Sequence record: CAXMZX020000754.1
Strand: one strand, 5' to 3'
DNA length: 32,000 bases
Part shown: one piece after another, positions 10,636-21,298 of the stretch
Layout of the letters: the number at the start of each line of letters is the position of its first letter
How positions within the stretch are numbered: the stretch's first letter is position 1
Program-made: the position numbers and the translations under genes
Notes under the pieces: model-generated
The model's input: the letters and a program-made list of their open reading frames with translations, nothing else
What the model was told of the DNA's origin: nothing
The model's database searches: none

Positions 10636-12141
10636 ATGACAAACCCAAACGAAATAAGTAATATTATTAGAAAGCAAATAGAAGATTATAGTACTGATTT
10701 AAACATTGATATTATTGGAACTGTACTCCAAGTAGGGGATGGAATTGCTCGTGTTTACGGACTAGACGAAGTAATGGCTGGAGAATTATTAGAATTTGAC
10801 GAAGGTACAGTAGGTATTGCATTAAATCTAGAAAATGATAATGTTGGTGCCGTACTTATGGGTGATGGAAGAGAAATTCTAGAAGGGAGTACAGTAAAAG
10901 CAACTGGTAGAATCGCTCAAATACCGGTAGGTGATGGACTATTAGGTCGAGTATTAGATCCTTTAGCAATTCCTATTGATGGAAAAGGAGATGCACAAGT
11001 AAGTGAAACTCGTCTTATTGAATCTATGGCCCCAGGTATTATTAGTAGAAAATCTGTTTGTGAACCATTACAGACTGGTATTACTGCTATTGATGCGATG
11101 ATTCCAATTGGACGAGGCCAACGTGAATTAATTATTGGTGATCGACAAACTGGAAAAACATCAATTGCTTTAGACACAATTATTAACCAAAAAGGACAAG
11201 ATGTTGTTTGTGTATATGTTGCAATTGGCCAAAAAGCTTCTTCAGTTGCCCAAGCTGTTACTAATCTGCAGGAAAGAGAAGCATTAGACTATACTGTTAT
11301 CGTTGCTGCAAATGCTGATCAGCCTGCTACATTACAATATATTGCACCTTATACTGGTGCTGCAGTCGCTGAATATTTTATGTACAGTGGCAAGCACACT
11401 TTAGTAGTTTATGATGATTTATCAAAACAAGCATCCGCTTATCGACAAATGTCTTTATTATTACGTCGCCCGCCAGGAAGAGAAGCTTACCCAGGGGATG
11501 TTTTTTATTTACATTCACGCTTACTAGAACGAGCAGCAAAACTAAATGATGTCCTAGGAGGCGGTAGTATGACTGCATTACCAATTATTGAAACTCAAGC
11601 TGGTGATGTTTCAGCTTATATTCCTACTAATGTTATTTCAATTACTGATGGACAGATCTTTTTATCCGGTGATTTATTTAACTCAGGCTTACGCCCTGCA
11701 ATAAATGTTGGTATCTCAGTATCTCGAGTAGGGTCTGCTGCCCAAATAAAAGCTATGAAACAAGTAGCAGGAAAATTAAAGTTAGAATTAGCTCAATTTG
11801 ACGAGCTTGAGGCATTCTCACAATTTGCTTCAGACTTAGATAAGGCAACACAAGCTCAATTAGCTCGAGGAAAAAGATTAAGAGAAATTTTAAAGCAAGC
11901 ACAAAATTCTCCAATTCCTGTAGCTGAACAAGTAGCTGTTATTTATATTGGTACAAATGGATTTCTTGATGATTTAGAAGTTGAAGATATTGCTACCTTC
12001 ATAAAAAGTCTTCGTGAATATTTAACGAGTTCTACACCTGAATATTTAGAAATTGTAAACTCTTCAAAACAATTAACAACAGAAGCAGAAACTATTTTAA
12101 AAACAGCAATCTCTGATGTGAAAAAAACTTTTAAAGCTTAA
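10636..12141 (+). CDS. atpA: ATP synthase CF1 alpha subunit
   Basis: 501 aa with Walker [10 protein letters not shown], plus [22 protein letters not shown] and ITDGQIFL. Confidence 0.98.
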   Translation: MTNPNEISNIIRKQIEDYSTDLNIDIIGTVLQVGDGIARVYGLDEVMAGELLEFDEGTVGIALNLENDNVGAVLMGDGREILEGSTVKATGRIAQIPVGDGLLGRVLDPLAIPIDGKGDAQVSETRLIESMAPGIISRKSVCEPLQTGITAIDAMIPIGRGQRELIIGDRQTGKTSIALDTIINQKGQDVVCVYVAIGQKASSVAQAVTNLQEREALDYTVIVAANADQPATLQYIAPYTGAAVAEYFMYSGKHTLVVYDDLSKQASAYRQMSLLLRRPPGREAYPGDVFYLHSRLLERAAKLNDVLGGGSMTALPIIETQAGDVSAYIPTNVISITDGQIFLSGDLFNSGLRPAINVGISVSRVGSAAQIKAMKQVAGKLKLELAQFDELEAFSQFASDLDKATQAQLARGKRLREILKQAQNSPIPVAEQVAVIYIGTNGFLDDLEVEDIATFIKSLREYLTSSTPEYLEIVNSSKQLTTEAETILKTAISDVKKTFKA

Positions 12142-12239
12142 AACATTCAAAAAAGCGGAGTATATTTTAAGTATTTTAAAAATTCAAAACCTACGCCCCT
12201 ATTTTTAATTAATAAATCTATGAAAACATTTTGATAATT

Positions 12240-12270
12240 AAGAGGTTAAGATTAGCAACCTTTTCTTTTT
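12240..12270 (+). terminator. Terminator-like stem-loop followed by a T-rich tract, about 100 nt downstream of atpA
   Basis: aagaggtt (12240-12247) pairs with aacctttt (12257-12264): 8 bp including one G-U, with a 9-nt loop, followed by cttttt. Confidence 0.3.
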
Positions 12271-12561
12271 AATTAGTCAATAAGGAAATAAAAAAATACC
12301 TAATAACGAAGAACATAATTTTATACATTCAAAGAATAGGTAATCCCCAAAACACAAAGGTTCCACTACTTAACCAAAAGCTAGCAGAAGTAAACTAGGC
12401 TAATTTTTAAAATATAAAAAATGAAATTCTATTACGTAATATTCTTGAGTAAAGCCACTAGATATAATACATATCTATCAAATAGATTCTATTTTAACTT
12501 TATATTCTTTAAAACTTAAATTAAAAACCATTAGTATGTTAATATTATCAGTAGTTTAAAA

Positions 12562-12634
12562 GCCGGGATAGCTCAGTTGGTAGAGCAGTGGATTGAAGAT
12601 CCTCGTGTCACCAGTTCAAATCTGGTTTCTGGCA
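12562..12634 (+). tRNA. trnF: tRNA-Phe (anticodon GAA)
   Basis: 73 nt, GCCGGGATAGCTCAGTTGGTAGAGCAGTGGATTGAAGATCCTCGTGTCACCAGTTCAAATCTGGTTTCTGGCA. It folds as a cloverleaf with anticodon loop TTGAAGA and T-arm ACCAG/TTCAAAT/CTGGT. By my recollection it closely resembles the canonical plastid trnF-GAA. Confidence 0.93.
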
Positions 12635-12687
12635 ATTAGGTTTAATTGTGTATGATAAACTTTTAATTATATAAACTAATTATATTT

Positions 12688-13335
12688 ATGGGTAAAGTTT
12701 ATGATTGGTTTGAAGAAAGATTAGAAATTCAATCAATTGCTGATGATATCACAAGTAAATATGTTCCTCCACATGTAAATATTTTTTATTGCTTTGGTGG
12801 AATAGTTTTTACATGTTTTTTAGTTCAAGTTGCGACAGGTTTTGCAATGACATTTTACTATAGACCTAGTATCAGCGAAGCATTTTCATCAGTTGAATAT
12901 ATTATGACTGAAGTCAATTTTGGTTGGCTTATTCGCTCTATACATCGTTGGTCTGCAAGTATGATGGTTCTTATGTTAATTTTACATGTTTTCCGTGTGT
13001 ATTTAACTGGAGGATTTAAAAAACCTCGTGAATTAACATGGGTTACGGGAGTAACTTTAGCTGTTACAACTGTTTCGTTCGGTGTGACTGGTTATTCTTT
13101 ACCTTGGGATCAAGTAGGATTCTGGGCTTGTAAAATTGTAACAGGTGTTCCTGAAGCGGTCCCTGTTATTGGACCTCCAATAGTTCAACTTTTACGTGGT
13201 GGAGTAAGTGTAGGACAAAGTACTTTAACGCGCTTCTATAGTGCACATACATTTGTATTACCACTAGTCGCAGCAGCCTTAATGATTACTCATTTTTTAA
13301 TGATAAGAAAGCAAGGTATTTCAGGTCCATTATAA
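12688..13335 (+). CDS. petB: Cytochrome b6
   Basis: 215 aa starting [38 protein letters not shown]; haem-ligand His residues sit in conserved context; no intron. Confidence 0.98.
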   Translation: MGKVYDWFEERLEIQSIADDITSKYVPPHVNIFYCFGGIVFTCFLVQVATGFAMTFYYRPSISEAFSSVEYIMTEVNFGWLIRSIHRWSASMMVLMLILHVFRVYLTGGFKKPRELTWVTGVTLAVTTVSFGVTGYSLPWDQVGFWACKIVTGVPEAVPVIGPPIVQLLRGGVSVGQSTLTRFYSAHTFVLPLVAAALMITHFLMIRKQGISGPL

Positions 13336-13430
13336 TTATTATTAGTGTCAATTTAGTATTAGACATTAAGCAAAATATATTAAAAAATAAAATTTTAGTT
13401 TATAATAAAATATATATAATTGGAGATATT

Positions 13431-13913
13431 ATGTCAATCTTAAAAAAACCAGATTTAACAGATCCTAAGTTACGTGCTAAACTAGCAAAAGGGATGGGTC
13501 ATAATTATTATGGCGAACCAGCTTGGCCAAATGATATTTTTTATATGTTTCCTATTTGTATTTTAGGGACTTTTGTACTAGTTATTGGACTAGCCGTTAT
13601 GGAGCCTTCAGCTTTAGGTGAAAAAGCTAATCCTTTTGCGACTCCTTTAGAGATTTTACCTGAATGGTATTTTTTCCCAACTTTCAATTTATTAAGAGTA
13701 TTACCTAATAAGCTATTAGGCGTTTTAGCAATGGCAGCTGTACCAGCAGGGCTAATAACAGTACCTTTTATAGAAAATGTCAATAAATTCCAAAATCCTT
13801 TTAGAAGACCTGTGGCTTCAACAGTTTTTTTAATTGGTACCTTTGTTGCGATATGGTTAGGGATTGGAGCTTGTTTACCAATAAGTAAAGCAATAACATT
13901 AGGCTTATTCTAA
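13431..13913 (+). CDS. petD: Cytochrome b6f subunit IV
   Basis: 160 aa with [31 protein letters not shown] and [17 protein letters not shown]. ggag lies 8 nt upstream of the ATG. Confidence 0.98.
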   Translation: MSILKKPDLTDPKLRAKLAKGMGHNYYGEPAWPNDIFYMFPICILGTFVLVIGLAVMEPSALGEKANPFATPLEILPEWYFFPTFNLLRVLPNKLLGVLAMAAVPAGLITVPFIENVNKFQNPFRRPVASTVFLIGTFVAIWLGIGACLPISKAITLGLF

Positions 13914-13954
13914 AGCTATTAATATTGTATATGGAAAAAACTTTAAGTCCTAAA

Positions 13955-13998
13955 CTGATGTAAATACTTAAAATTTGTATTTTAAGTATTTGCATCAG
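13955..13998. terminator. 20-bp stem / 4-nt loop inverted repeat between convergent petD and chlI
   Basis: ctgatgtaaatacttaaaat ttgt attttaagtatttgcatcag. Checked base by base: 19 Watson-Crick pairs plus T13961/G13992, which is a U-G wobble on the plus transcript and an A-C mismatch on the minus transcript. Confidence 0.6.
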
Positions 13999-14087
13999 CT
14001 TATTAGAAAAAATAAATTCAAATAAAGTCCGTTACTCAGAAGATAGAAGTCTTCATATATGATTTATTAGGATGCGCTAAATTCTTA

Positions 14088-15110
14088 CTAAATAATTTCA
14101 AAAACCTCTTCAAAGACTTTTTTAACTTTATAACCTGAATCAATAGATTCTAGGGGGTCTTTTCTTAAACGGTGGCGTAAGCATAGAACAATAATTTTTT
14201 CAATATCTTCTATAGTAATAACCTCTTTACACTGGAAAGCTGTATATGCTTTAGCAGCTCTATTACTAACTATATCACCTCTTAGACCATCAACATCTAA
14301 ATCACTACAAACTTTTGAGATCTTTAACCTAAAATCATAAGGCATTTCAACTTTATCCAATAAAACTTGAGCATCCACAATTTTTTTTTTTAAGGCGTCC
14401 TGTTGATCTTTATATTTAGCTACCCAAGCATATGGGTCTAAATCAAATAAAGTTCTTTCCTCAACAATTTTTACTCTTAAATTTGGGTCTTTTACAGTTC
14501 TTATTTCAGCATGCATACCAAAGCGATCAAGTAATTGAGGACGTAATTCACCCTCTTCAGGATTACCTGAACCAACAAGAACGAATTGGGCAGGATGACG
14601 TATAGAAATCCCTTCTCTTTCAACTGTATTCCAACCAGAAGCTGCGGAATCTAATAAAATATCAACTAAATGATCATCTAATAGATTAACTTCATCAACG
14701 TATAAAATTCCACGGTTAGCTTTAGCTAATAAACCTGGTTCAAATGCTTTAACACCTTCTGTTAGAGCTTTTTCAATATCAATTGTTCCACACACTCTAT
14801 CTTCAGTTGCACCTAAAGGTAAATCTACCATAGGTATTTTTATAAATTCTGTTTCAGGTTTTTCTAGAGTTTCATCTGTAGGATAACGATTAAACGGATC
14901 ATCTTTGATTACTTCAATCTCGGGCAATAAATCAGCAATAGCTCTAATTGTAGTTGATTTGCCAGTTCCTCTATCACCCATAATCATTACTCCGCCAATT
15001 TTAGGGTCAATAACATTTAATTCTAGAGCAAGTTTCATTTCTTCTTGCCCAACAATAGCAGTAAAAGGAAATATTGGAGTACTTTTTTTCTCTAAAGTTT
15101 CTTTGTTCAT
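14088..15110 (-). CDS. chlI: Magnesium chelatase subunit I (AAA+ ATPase)
   Basis: 340 aa with [16 protein letters not shown], Walker [10 protein letters not shown], Walker [14 protein letters not shown], and RPQLLDRFG. Confidence 0.96.
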   Translation of the reverse strand: MNKETLEKKSTPIFPFTAIVGQEEMKLALELNVIDPKIGGVMIMGDRGTGKSTTIRAIADLLPEIEVIKDDPFNRYPTDETLEKPETEFIKIPMVDLPLGATEDRVCGTIDIEKALTEGVKAFEPGLLAKANRGILYVDEVNLLDDHLVDILLDSAASGWNTVEREGISIRHPAQFVLVGSGNPEEGELRPQLLDRFGMHAEIRTVKDPNLRVKIVEERTLFDLDPYAWVAKYKDQQDALKKKIVDAQVLLDKVEMPYDFRLKISKVCSDLDVDGLRGDIVSNRAAKAYTAFQCKEVITIEDIEKIIVLCLRHRLRKDPLESIDSGYKVKKVFEEVFEII

Positions 15111-15197
15111 TTTATTTTTAAATTAATTTTAATACTTATAACTTATTTATATAGTGATATCAAAAAAAAAGTTGTGGAATTACATTTATCTTTTTCT

Positions 15198-15293
15198 TTA
15201 TAAATATAATGTTTTACCTAAACGAAATGCTAATAATGCTGGTACAACTGCAAGACTTAATGCTATTAAAACTTCTGTATTTGTTAACATCAT
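15198..15293 (-). CDS. psaM: Photosystem I subunit XII (PsaM), 31 aa; below the ORF-track threshold
   Basis: Manual minus-strand translation gives MMLTNTEVLIALSLAVVPALLAFRLGKTLYL then TAA. This fits the PsaM pattern of a single TM helix ending in ..LA.RLG..LY. It is co-oriented with and upstream of chlI. Confidence 0.8.
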   Translation of the reverse strand: MMLTNTEVLIALSLAVVPALLAFRLGKTLYL

Positions 15294-15436
15294 TGTAATC
15301 AATATTATTTAATTTTTTTTTAAATTTAAACTCTTATCATTTAGTATACTATAATAATATTATTATGTCATCATAAAAAAGTGTATTTTTCTTAACCTAA
15401 TTAATTTTTAAAATTATCTAATTAATATTCCTATTA

Positions 15437-15967
15437 ATGAATTCTATATTTCCATTATTTTATTCTATTGCTTTATTCTTTTTTCTATCGATGATAAGTT
15501 ATTATATTTTGAAACAAATAATTAATACTCAAAAATTAGAAAAAAAAATATTTGACTTACAGGAGCTTATTAAAACAGATGCTCCTTGCTATGAAGATTG
15601 CTATCAATTAGGACAATTATATTTAAGAAAGAAGCTTTTTCTTAAGGCAATTGTTGTATTTAGGAAAGCCCTAAAATTATGGGATCCAAATGATAAAATT
15701 GGTCTTGGGAACTTATATAATGCTATAGGCTTTACATTTTTTAATTTAGAAGAATATGATTTTGCTATATATTACTATCAGATAGTTCTTAAAATTATCC
15801 CCGACCATACGTTAGCTCTTATAAACCTTGGATATTCATTTGAAAAAATTAATTCAATTATAAAGGGTTATCATTGTTATAAAACTGCATTGTTTTGGGA
15901 CCCACCTAACAAATTAGCTTCTACACGTTTTTTAACAGTTGAAAAAAAGATAAGATATATTTTTTAA
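15437..15967 (+). CDS. ycf37: TPR-repeat protein with an N-terminal TM helix, probably Ycf37 (PSI-associated)
   Basis: 176 aa with a hydrophobic N-terminus (IFPLFYSIALFFFLSMISYYIL) followed by about three TPR-like units (..CYQLGQLYLRKKLFLKAIVVFRKALKLWDPND.. / ..YNAIGFTFFNLEEYDFAIYYYQIVLKIIPDH..). Size and architecture match Ycf37. The assignment is by architecture, not a database hit. Confidence 0.6.
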   Translation: MNSIFPLFYSIALFFFLSMISYYILKQIINTQKLEKKIFDLQELIKTDAPCYEDCYQLGQLYLRKKLFLKAIVVFRKALKLWDPNDKIGLGNLYNAIGFTFFNLEEYDFAIYYYQIVLKIIPDHTLALINLGYSFEKINSIIKGYHCYKTALFWDPPNKLASTRFLTVEKKIRYIF

Positions 15968-16005
15968 AATCCAATTATAAGGCTGTTTCTCTTTTATAGA
16001 AAATC

Positions 16006-16014
16006 TGTTATAAT
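16006..16014 (+). promoter_or_regulatory. Candidate extended -10 promoter element (TGTTATAAT) about 95 nt upstream of psaA
   Basis: Exact TGnTATAAT read at 16006-16014. No good -35 hexamer lies 17-18 nt upstream (tttctc/gtttct). AT-rich DNA produces such matches easily. Confidence 0.3.
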
Positions 16015-16108
16015 AAATTGGTGAAAACTCAACTCGAAATATTTTATAAAATTATTTTATCAAACTTGAGCGTTTCCTATCTTTATGTCTCCAGCGAGGA
16101 AAAGGTAA

Positions 16109-18361
16109 ATGAACTCCAAAACGAAAGAAGCCAAGGTAAAGGTTCTCGTTGATCGTAATACTGTTAATACAACGAGTTTTGAAAAATGGGCTAAACCAGG
16201 ACACTTTTCACGTACATTATCGAAGGGTCCAAAAACAACAACTTGGATTTGGAATTTACATGCGGATGCCCATGATTTTGATAGCCAAACAAATTCTTTA
16301 GAAGAAGTTTCTAGAAAAATTTTTAGTGCTCATTTTGGACAATTATCAATAATATTTTTATGGATAAGTGGAATGCATTTCCATGGAGCATACTTTTCGA
16401 ATTATTTAGCATGGTTAAATAACCCTATTAGTATTAAACCTAGTGCGCAAATCGTTTGGCCAATTGTTGGCCAAGAAATATTAAATGGAGATGTAGGTGG
16501 TAATTTTCAAGGTGTTCAGATAACATCAGGATTTTTTCAACTATGGCGTGCTGAGGGTATAACAAGTGAAATCGAATTATACTGGACAGCGATTGGTGGA
16601 TTAATTATGTCTGGATTAATGCTATTTGGTGGTTGGTTCCACTATCATAAAGCTGCACCAAAATTAGAATGGTTCCAAAACGCAGAATCGATGTTAAATC
16701 ATCATTTATCTGGTTTATTAGGCTTAGGTTGTCTTGCTTGGTCAGGACATCAAATTCATGTAGCATTACCCATTAATAAATTATTAGATGCTGGTGTTGC
16801 TTCACAAGAAATTCCGTTACCCTATGAGTTTATTATAAACCGACAATTGATTGCTCAATTATACCCAAGTTTTAACAAGGGTTTAGTTCCTTTCTTTTCA
16901 TTCCATTGGAGTGAATATTCTGATTTTTTAACCTTTAAAGGGGGATTAAATCCTGTAACAGGTGGACTTTGGTTAAGCGATACAGCACACCATCATCTAG
17001 CTTTAGCAGTTTTATTTATTGTTGCAGGCCATATGTACCGTACAAATTGGGGCATTGGACATAGTATGAAAGAAATTTTAGAGGCTCATAAAGGACCATT
17101 CACTGGGTCAGGCCATACAGGTCTTTATGAAATCTTAACAACTTCTTGGCATGCGCAATTAGCGATTAATTTAGCTATGATGGGGTCATTAAGTATTATA
17201 GTAGCACATCATATGTATGCTATGCCACCATATCCTTATATCGCAACTGATTATGCAACACAACTTTCTTTATTTACACATCATATGTGGATTGGTGGTT
17301 TTTGTGTTGTAGGTGGTGCTGCACATGGAGCAATTTTCATGGTCCGCGACTATAATCCTGCAAAAAATTATAACAATTTATTAGACAGAGTTGTACGTCA
17401 TCGAGATTCTATTATTTCTCATTTAAATTGGGTTTGTATTTTTTTAGGTTTCCATAGCTTTGGATTATATATACATAATGATACTATGAGAGCATTAGGG
17501 CGTGCTTCTGATATGTTTTCTGATACAGGTATTCCTTTAAAACCAATTTTTGCACAAGGAATTCAAAATTTACATTTATTGGCACCAGGTAGTACAGCAC
17601 CAAATGCATTAACAACCGCAAGTTATGTTTTTGGTGGCGATATTGTATCTATAGGATCAAAAATTGCAATAATGCCAATAAAATTAAGTACAGCAGATTT
17701 TATGGTTCATCATATCCATGCTTTTACAATCCATGTTACTGTCTTAATTTTATTAAAAGGGGTTTTATATGCACGTAGTTCAAAATTAATACCTGATAAG
17801 GCGAACCTAGGATTCCGCTTCCCATGTGATGGGCCAGGTAGAGGTGGTACTTGTCAAGTTTCAGCTTGGGATCATATTTTCTTAGGATTATTTTGGATGT
17901 ATAATTCTATCTCAGTCGTTATATTTCATTTTAGTTGGAAAATGCAATCTGACGTTTGGGGATCAGTAACACCAACTGGTACAGTTTCACATATTACTGG
18001 TGGTAATTTTGCACAAAGTGCACTTACTATTAATGGATGGTTAAGAGATTTCTTATGGGCGCAAGCATCACAAGTAATCCAATCATATGGTTCACCTTTA
18101 TCTGCTTATGGTTTAATATTTCTTGGGGCGCATTTCATTTGGGCATTTAGCTTAATGTTTTTATTTAGTGGTCGAGGTTATTGGCAAGAACTTATAGAGT
18201 CAATAGTTTGGGCTCATAATAAAATTAAAGTTGCACCAGCAATTCAGCCTAGAGCATTAAGTATTACTCAAGGTCGAGCTGTAGGATTAGCACATTATTT
18301 ATTGGGTGGTATTGGAACAACATGGTCTTTCTTCTTAGCAAGAATTATTTCTGTAGGATAA
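16109..18361 (+). CDS. psaA: Photosystem I P700 apoprotein A1
   Basis: 750 aa with [26 protein letters not shown] and the [12 protein letters not shown] Fx cluster motif. gagg lies upstream of the ATG. Confidence 0.99.
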   Translation: MNSKTKEAKVKVLVDRNTVNTTSFEKWAKPGHFSRTLSKGPKTTTWIWNLHADAHDFDSQTNSLEEVSRKIFSAHFGQLSIIFLWISGMHFHGAYFSNYLAWLNNPISIKPSAQIVWPIVGQEILNGDVGGNFQGVQITSGFFQLWRAEGITSEIELYWTAIGGLIMSGLMLFGGWFHYHKAAPKLEWFQNAESMLNHHLSGLLGLGCLAWSGHQIHVALPINKLLDAGVASQEIPLPYEFIINRQLIAQLYPSFNKGLVPFFSFHWSEYSDFLTFKGGLNPVTGGLWLSDTAHHHLALAVLFIVAGHMYRTNWGIGHSMKEILEAHKGPFTGSGHTGLYEILTTSWHAQLAINLAMMGSLSIIVAHHMYAMPPYPYIATDYATQLSLFTHHMWIGGFCVVGGAAHGAIFMVRDYNPAKNYNNLLDRVVRHRDSIISHLNWVCIFLGFHSFGLYIHNDTMRALGRASDMFSDTGIPLKPIFAQGIQNLHLLAPGSTAPNALTTASYVFGGDIVSIGSKIAIMPIKLSTADFMVHHIHAFTIHVTVLILLKGVLYARSSKLIPDKANLGFRFPCDGPGRGGTCQVSAWDHIFLGLFWMYNSISVVIFHFSWKMQSDVWGSVTPTGTVSHITGGNFAQSALTINGWLRDFLWAQASQVIQSYGSPLSAYGLIFLGAHFIWAFSLMFLFSGRGYWQELIESIVWAHNKIKVAPAIQPRALSITQGRAVGLAHYLLGGIGTTWSFFLARIISVG

Positions 18362-18382
18362 AATTAACGAGGTAAAATATTT

Positions 18383-20587
18383 ATGGTAACTAAATTTCCA
18401 AAATTTAGCCAAGCTTTAGCACAAGATCCGACAACTCGAAGAATTTGGTTTGGAATTGCAACAGCTCATGACTTCGAAACCCACGACGGCATGACAGAAG
18501 AAAATTTATATCAGAAAATCTTTGCTTCACATTTTGGTCATTTAGCAATTATTTTTCTTTGGACATCAGGTAATTTATTCCATGTTGCTTGGCAAGGTAA
18601 TTTCGAACAATGGTCTTTAAACCCATTAAAAGTGAAACCTATTGCTCATACAATTTGGGACCCTCATTTTGGTGAACTTGCAATGAAAGCATTTACAAAG
18701 GGTGGTGCTTTTTATCCAGTAAATATCTCTTATTCAGGTGTTTACCATTGGTGGTATACTATTGGAATGAGAACAAATAATGATTTATACATTGGGTCTA
18801 TTTTTTTAATAGCTTTATCTAGTTTATTATTATTTGCTGGTTGGTTACATCTACAACCAAAATTCCGTCCAAGCTTATCGTGGTTTAAAAATAATGAATC
18901 ACGTTTAAATCATCATTTAACAGGGTTATTTGGTGTGAGCTCATTAGCTTGGACAGGACACCTAGTCCATGTAGCTATCCCAGAATCTCGAGGTATACAT
19001 ATTGGGTGGGATAATTTTTTAACAACATTACCACATCCTGAAGGTTTAAAACCTTTCTTTGATGGGAATTGGAATATTTATTCACAAAACCCTGATACTG
19101 TAGAACATATTTTTGGAACAAGCACTGGTGCAGGAACAGCTATTTTAACTTTCTTAGGTGGTTTTCACCCACAATCACAATCGCTTTGGCTTACGGATAT
19201 TGCACATCATCATCTTGCAATCGCAGTTGTATTTATAGTTGCTGGACATATGTATCGAACAAATTTTGCGATTGGTCATAATATGAAAGAAATTTTAGAT
19301 GCGCATCGTCCACCTGGTGGTAGATTAGGTGTAGGTCATAAAGGTTTATTTGATACGATTACAAATTCGTTACATATGCAACTTGGCTTAGCTTTAGCTG
19401 CATTAGGTGTTATAACATCTTTAGTTGCTCAACATATGTATGCAATCCCACCTTACGCATTTATGGCAAAAGATTTCACAACACAGGCAGCTCTTTATAC
19501 TCACCACCAATATATCGCTGGATTTTTAATGGTCGGAGCATTTGCCCATGGTGCAATCTTCTTTGTTCGAGATTATGATCCAGAAGCAAACCAAGATAAT
19601 GTTTTAGCGAGAATGCTTGAACATAAAGAAGCGATTATTTCTCATTTAAGTTGGGTGAGCTTATTTTTAGGTTTTCATACATTAGGTTTATATATTCATA
19701 ATGATACTGTTGTCGCATTTGGTCAGCCAGAAAAACAAATTTTAGTAGAGCCTGTTTTTGCTCAATTTATTCAAGCTGCTTCAGGAAAGGCTGTATATGG
19801 ATTTGATCTTTTATTATCTTCAAAAGAAAGTCCAGCTACTATAGCTGGTAGTGAGATATGGTTACCTGGTTGGATAGAAGCTATTAATAATGATAAAAAT
19901 GATCTTTTTTTAACTATTGGACCTGGAGATTTTTTAATACATCATGCTATTGCTTTAGGACTTCATACTACAACCTTAATTTTAGTTAAAGGAGCATTAG
20001 ATGCTCGTGGCTCCAAATTAATGCCTGATAAAAAAGATTTTGGTTATAGTTTTCCTTGTGATGGACCTGGTCGTGGTGGTACTTGTGATATTTCAGCTTG
20101 GGATGCTTTTTATTTATCAATGTTCTGGATGTTAAATACAATTGGTTGGGTTACTTTTTATTGGCATTGGAAACATGTGACAATTTGGCAAGGTAATGCA
20201 GCTCAGTTTAATGAATCCTCAAATTATATCATGGGATGGTTACGTGACTATTTATGGTTAAACTCATCTCCATTAATTAATGGTTATAACCCTTATGGTA
20301 TGAATAGTTTATCTGTTTGGGCCTGGATGTTTTTATTTGGTCATCTAATTTGGGCTACTGGGTTTATGTTCTTGATTTCATGGAGAGGTTATTGGCAAGA
20401 ATTAATAGAAACATTAGTTTGGGCTCATGAAAGAACACCTCTTGCAAATTTAGTTCGTTGGCGCGATAAGCCTGTTGCCTTATCAATCGTTCAAGCTAGA
20501 TTAGTTGGGTTGATTCATTTTACAGTAGGTTATATTTTAACATACGCTGCTTTCGTTATTGCTTCAACTGCTGGAAAATTTGGTTAA
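18383..20587 (+). CDS. psaB: Photosystem I P700 apoprotein A2
   Basis: 734 aa with [29 protein letters not shown] and [18 protein letters not shown]. It starts 21 nt after psaA. Confidence 0.99.
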   Translation: MVTKFPKFSQALAQDPTTRRIWFGIATAHDFETHDGMTEENLYQKIFASHFGHLAIIFLWTSGNLFHVAWQGNFEQWSLNPLKVKPIAHTIWDPHFGELAMKAFTKGGAFYPVNISYSGVYHWWYTIGMRTNNDLYIGSIFLIALSSLLLFAGWLHLQPKFRPSLSWFKNNESRLNHHLTGLFGVSSLAWTGHLVHVAIPESRGIHIGWDNFLTTLPHPEGLKPFFDGNWNIYSQNPDTVEHIFGTSTGAGTAILTFLGGFHPQSQSLWLTDIAHHHLAIAVVFIVAGHMYRTNFAIGHNMKEILDAHRPPGGRLGVGHKGLFDTITNSLHMQLGLALAALGVITSLVAQHMYAIPPYAFMAKDFTTQAALYTHHQYIAGFLMVGAFAHGAIFFVRDYDPEANQDNVLARMLEHKEAIISHLSWVSLFLGFHTLGLYIHNDTVVAFGQPEKQILVEPVFAQFIQAASGKAVYGFDLLLSSKESPATIAGSEIWLPGWIEAINNDKNDLFLTIGPGDFLIHHAIALGLHTTTLILVKGALDARGSKLMPDKKDFGYSFPCDGPGRGGTCDISAWDAFYLSMFWMLNTIGWVTFYWHWKHVTIWQGNAAQFNESSNYIMGWLRDYLWLNSSPLINGYNPYGMNSLSVWAWMFLFGHLIWATGFMFLISWRGYWQELIETLVWAHERTPLANLVRWRDKPVALSIVQARLVGLIHFTVGYILTYAAFVIASTAGKFG

Positions 20588-20605
20588 CTTAGGTTATACT
20601 ATTAG

Positions 20606-20637
20606 TTAGGTTTATATATTTTTATATATAAACCTAA
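20606..20637 (+). terminator. 14-bp perfect stem / 4-nt loop hairpin between psaB and rps14
   Basis: ttaggtttatatat tttt atatataaacctaa, with every pair checked. It starts 19 nt after the psaB stop. Confidence 0.55.
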
Positions 20638-20660
20638 TAAATTTAATTAAGGGATTCCAT

Positions 20661-20963
20661 ATGGCTAAACAATCGATGATTGAAAGAGAGAAAAAAAGAG
20701 AAAGATTAGTCCTAAAATATAGTCAAAAACGTAAGTCTTTTCTTTTAGAATTTAAAACGGCAGATACCTTTTCAGCTCAAATGGAACTTCATAAAAAAAT
20801 AGAAAAACTACCTCGTAATAGCTCACGTATTCGACTACGAAATCGATGCTGGAGAACTGGTCGTAGTCGAGGAGTTTATAGAGATTTTGGCTTATGTCGT
20901 CATATGATTAGAGAAATGGCACATAATTGTTTATTACCGGGTGTAAGAAAAGCTAGTTGGTAG
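20661..20963 (+). CDS. rps14: 30S ribosomal protein S14
   Basis: 100 aa starting [13 protein letters not shown], with [26 protein letters not shown]...RE.A....LPGV.KASW. This is the conserved psaA-psaB-rps14 arrangement. Confidence 0.96.
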   Translation: MAKQSMIEREKKRERLVLKYSQKRKSFLLEFKTADTFSAQMELHKKIEKLPRNSSRIRLRNRCWRTGRSRGVYRDFGLCRHMIREMAHNCLLPGVRKASW

Positions 20964-21092
20964 TTGCTAAGAATACTTACATTATTAGTGACTATTTATA
21001 TATAACGGGGTACAATTTTTTCGTTTTAAAAAAAAAAAGGTAAAAAAAAAATCAATTAAGTTTTTAAGTGCTTTTTTACTTATTAGATTAAA

Positions 21093-21125
21093 TTTATTGA
21101 ATAAGACTAAACTATATTCAATAAA
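21093..21125 (+). terminator. 11-bp stem / 11-nt loop hairpin in the rps14-chlL spacer
   Basis: tttattgaata (21093-21103) pairs with tattcaataaa (21115-21125), all pairs checked. It lies just upstream of the candidate chlL promoter. Confidence 0.35.
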
Positions 21126-21135
21126 CTTAATTTAG

Positions 21136-21176
21136 TTGACAAATTTTTGGCATATTGTATCAAATTGGATTATAAT
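21136..21176 (+). promoter_or_regulatory. Two overlapping sigma70-type promoter candidates upstream of chlL
   Basis: Candidate 1: TTGACA (21136-21141), 16 nt, TATCAA (21158-21163). Candidate 2: TTGGCA (21147-21152), 18 nt, TATAAT (21171-21176). Both lie 120-160 nt upstream of the chlL ATG. Sequence match only. Confidence 0.35.
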
Positions 21177-21298
21177 AATAGTATTCGTTAAACTAATATC
21201 CTTAATATAAAGAATTATAATAAACCAGTTTCTATTATTAGTATAAATATTAGTATAAACACTAGTATTAGTTAATACTTAAAAAAAAGGAGTTAAGT

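Noticed and set aside
10917-11584. Two minus-strand ORFs (10917-11177 and 11378-11584) antisense to atpA
   Set aside because: They are antisense to one of the most conserved genes in the window. Such frames are typically codon-bias artefacts.
12269-12328. 19-aa hydrophobic minus-strand mini-ORF (MYKIMFFVIRYFFISLLTN) in the atpA-trnF spacer, considered as a small thylakoid peptide gene
   Set aside because: It does not match any small plastid peptide I know (petG/L/N, psaI, psbI/J/K/L/M/T/X, ycf12). It has no SD, and such an ORF is expected by chance in T-rich sequence.
13541-13995. Minus-strand ORFs 13541-13783 (antisense to petD) and 13801-13995 (petD 3' end and spacer)
   Set aside because: The first is a shadow ORF. 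The second runs through the petD/chlI hairpin and AT-rich spacer and has no start context or homology.
14905-15126. 73-aa plus-strand ORF antisense to the chlI 5' end
   Set aside because: It is a shadow ORF over the conserved chlI Walker A region.
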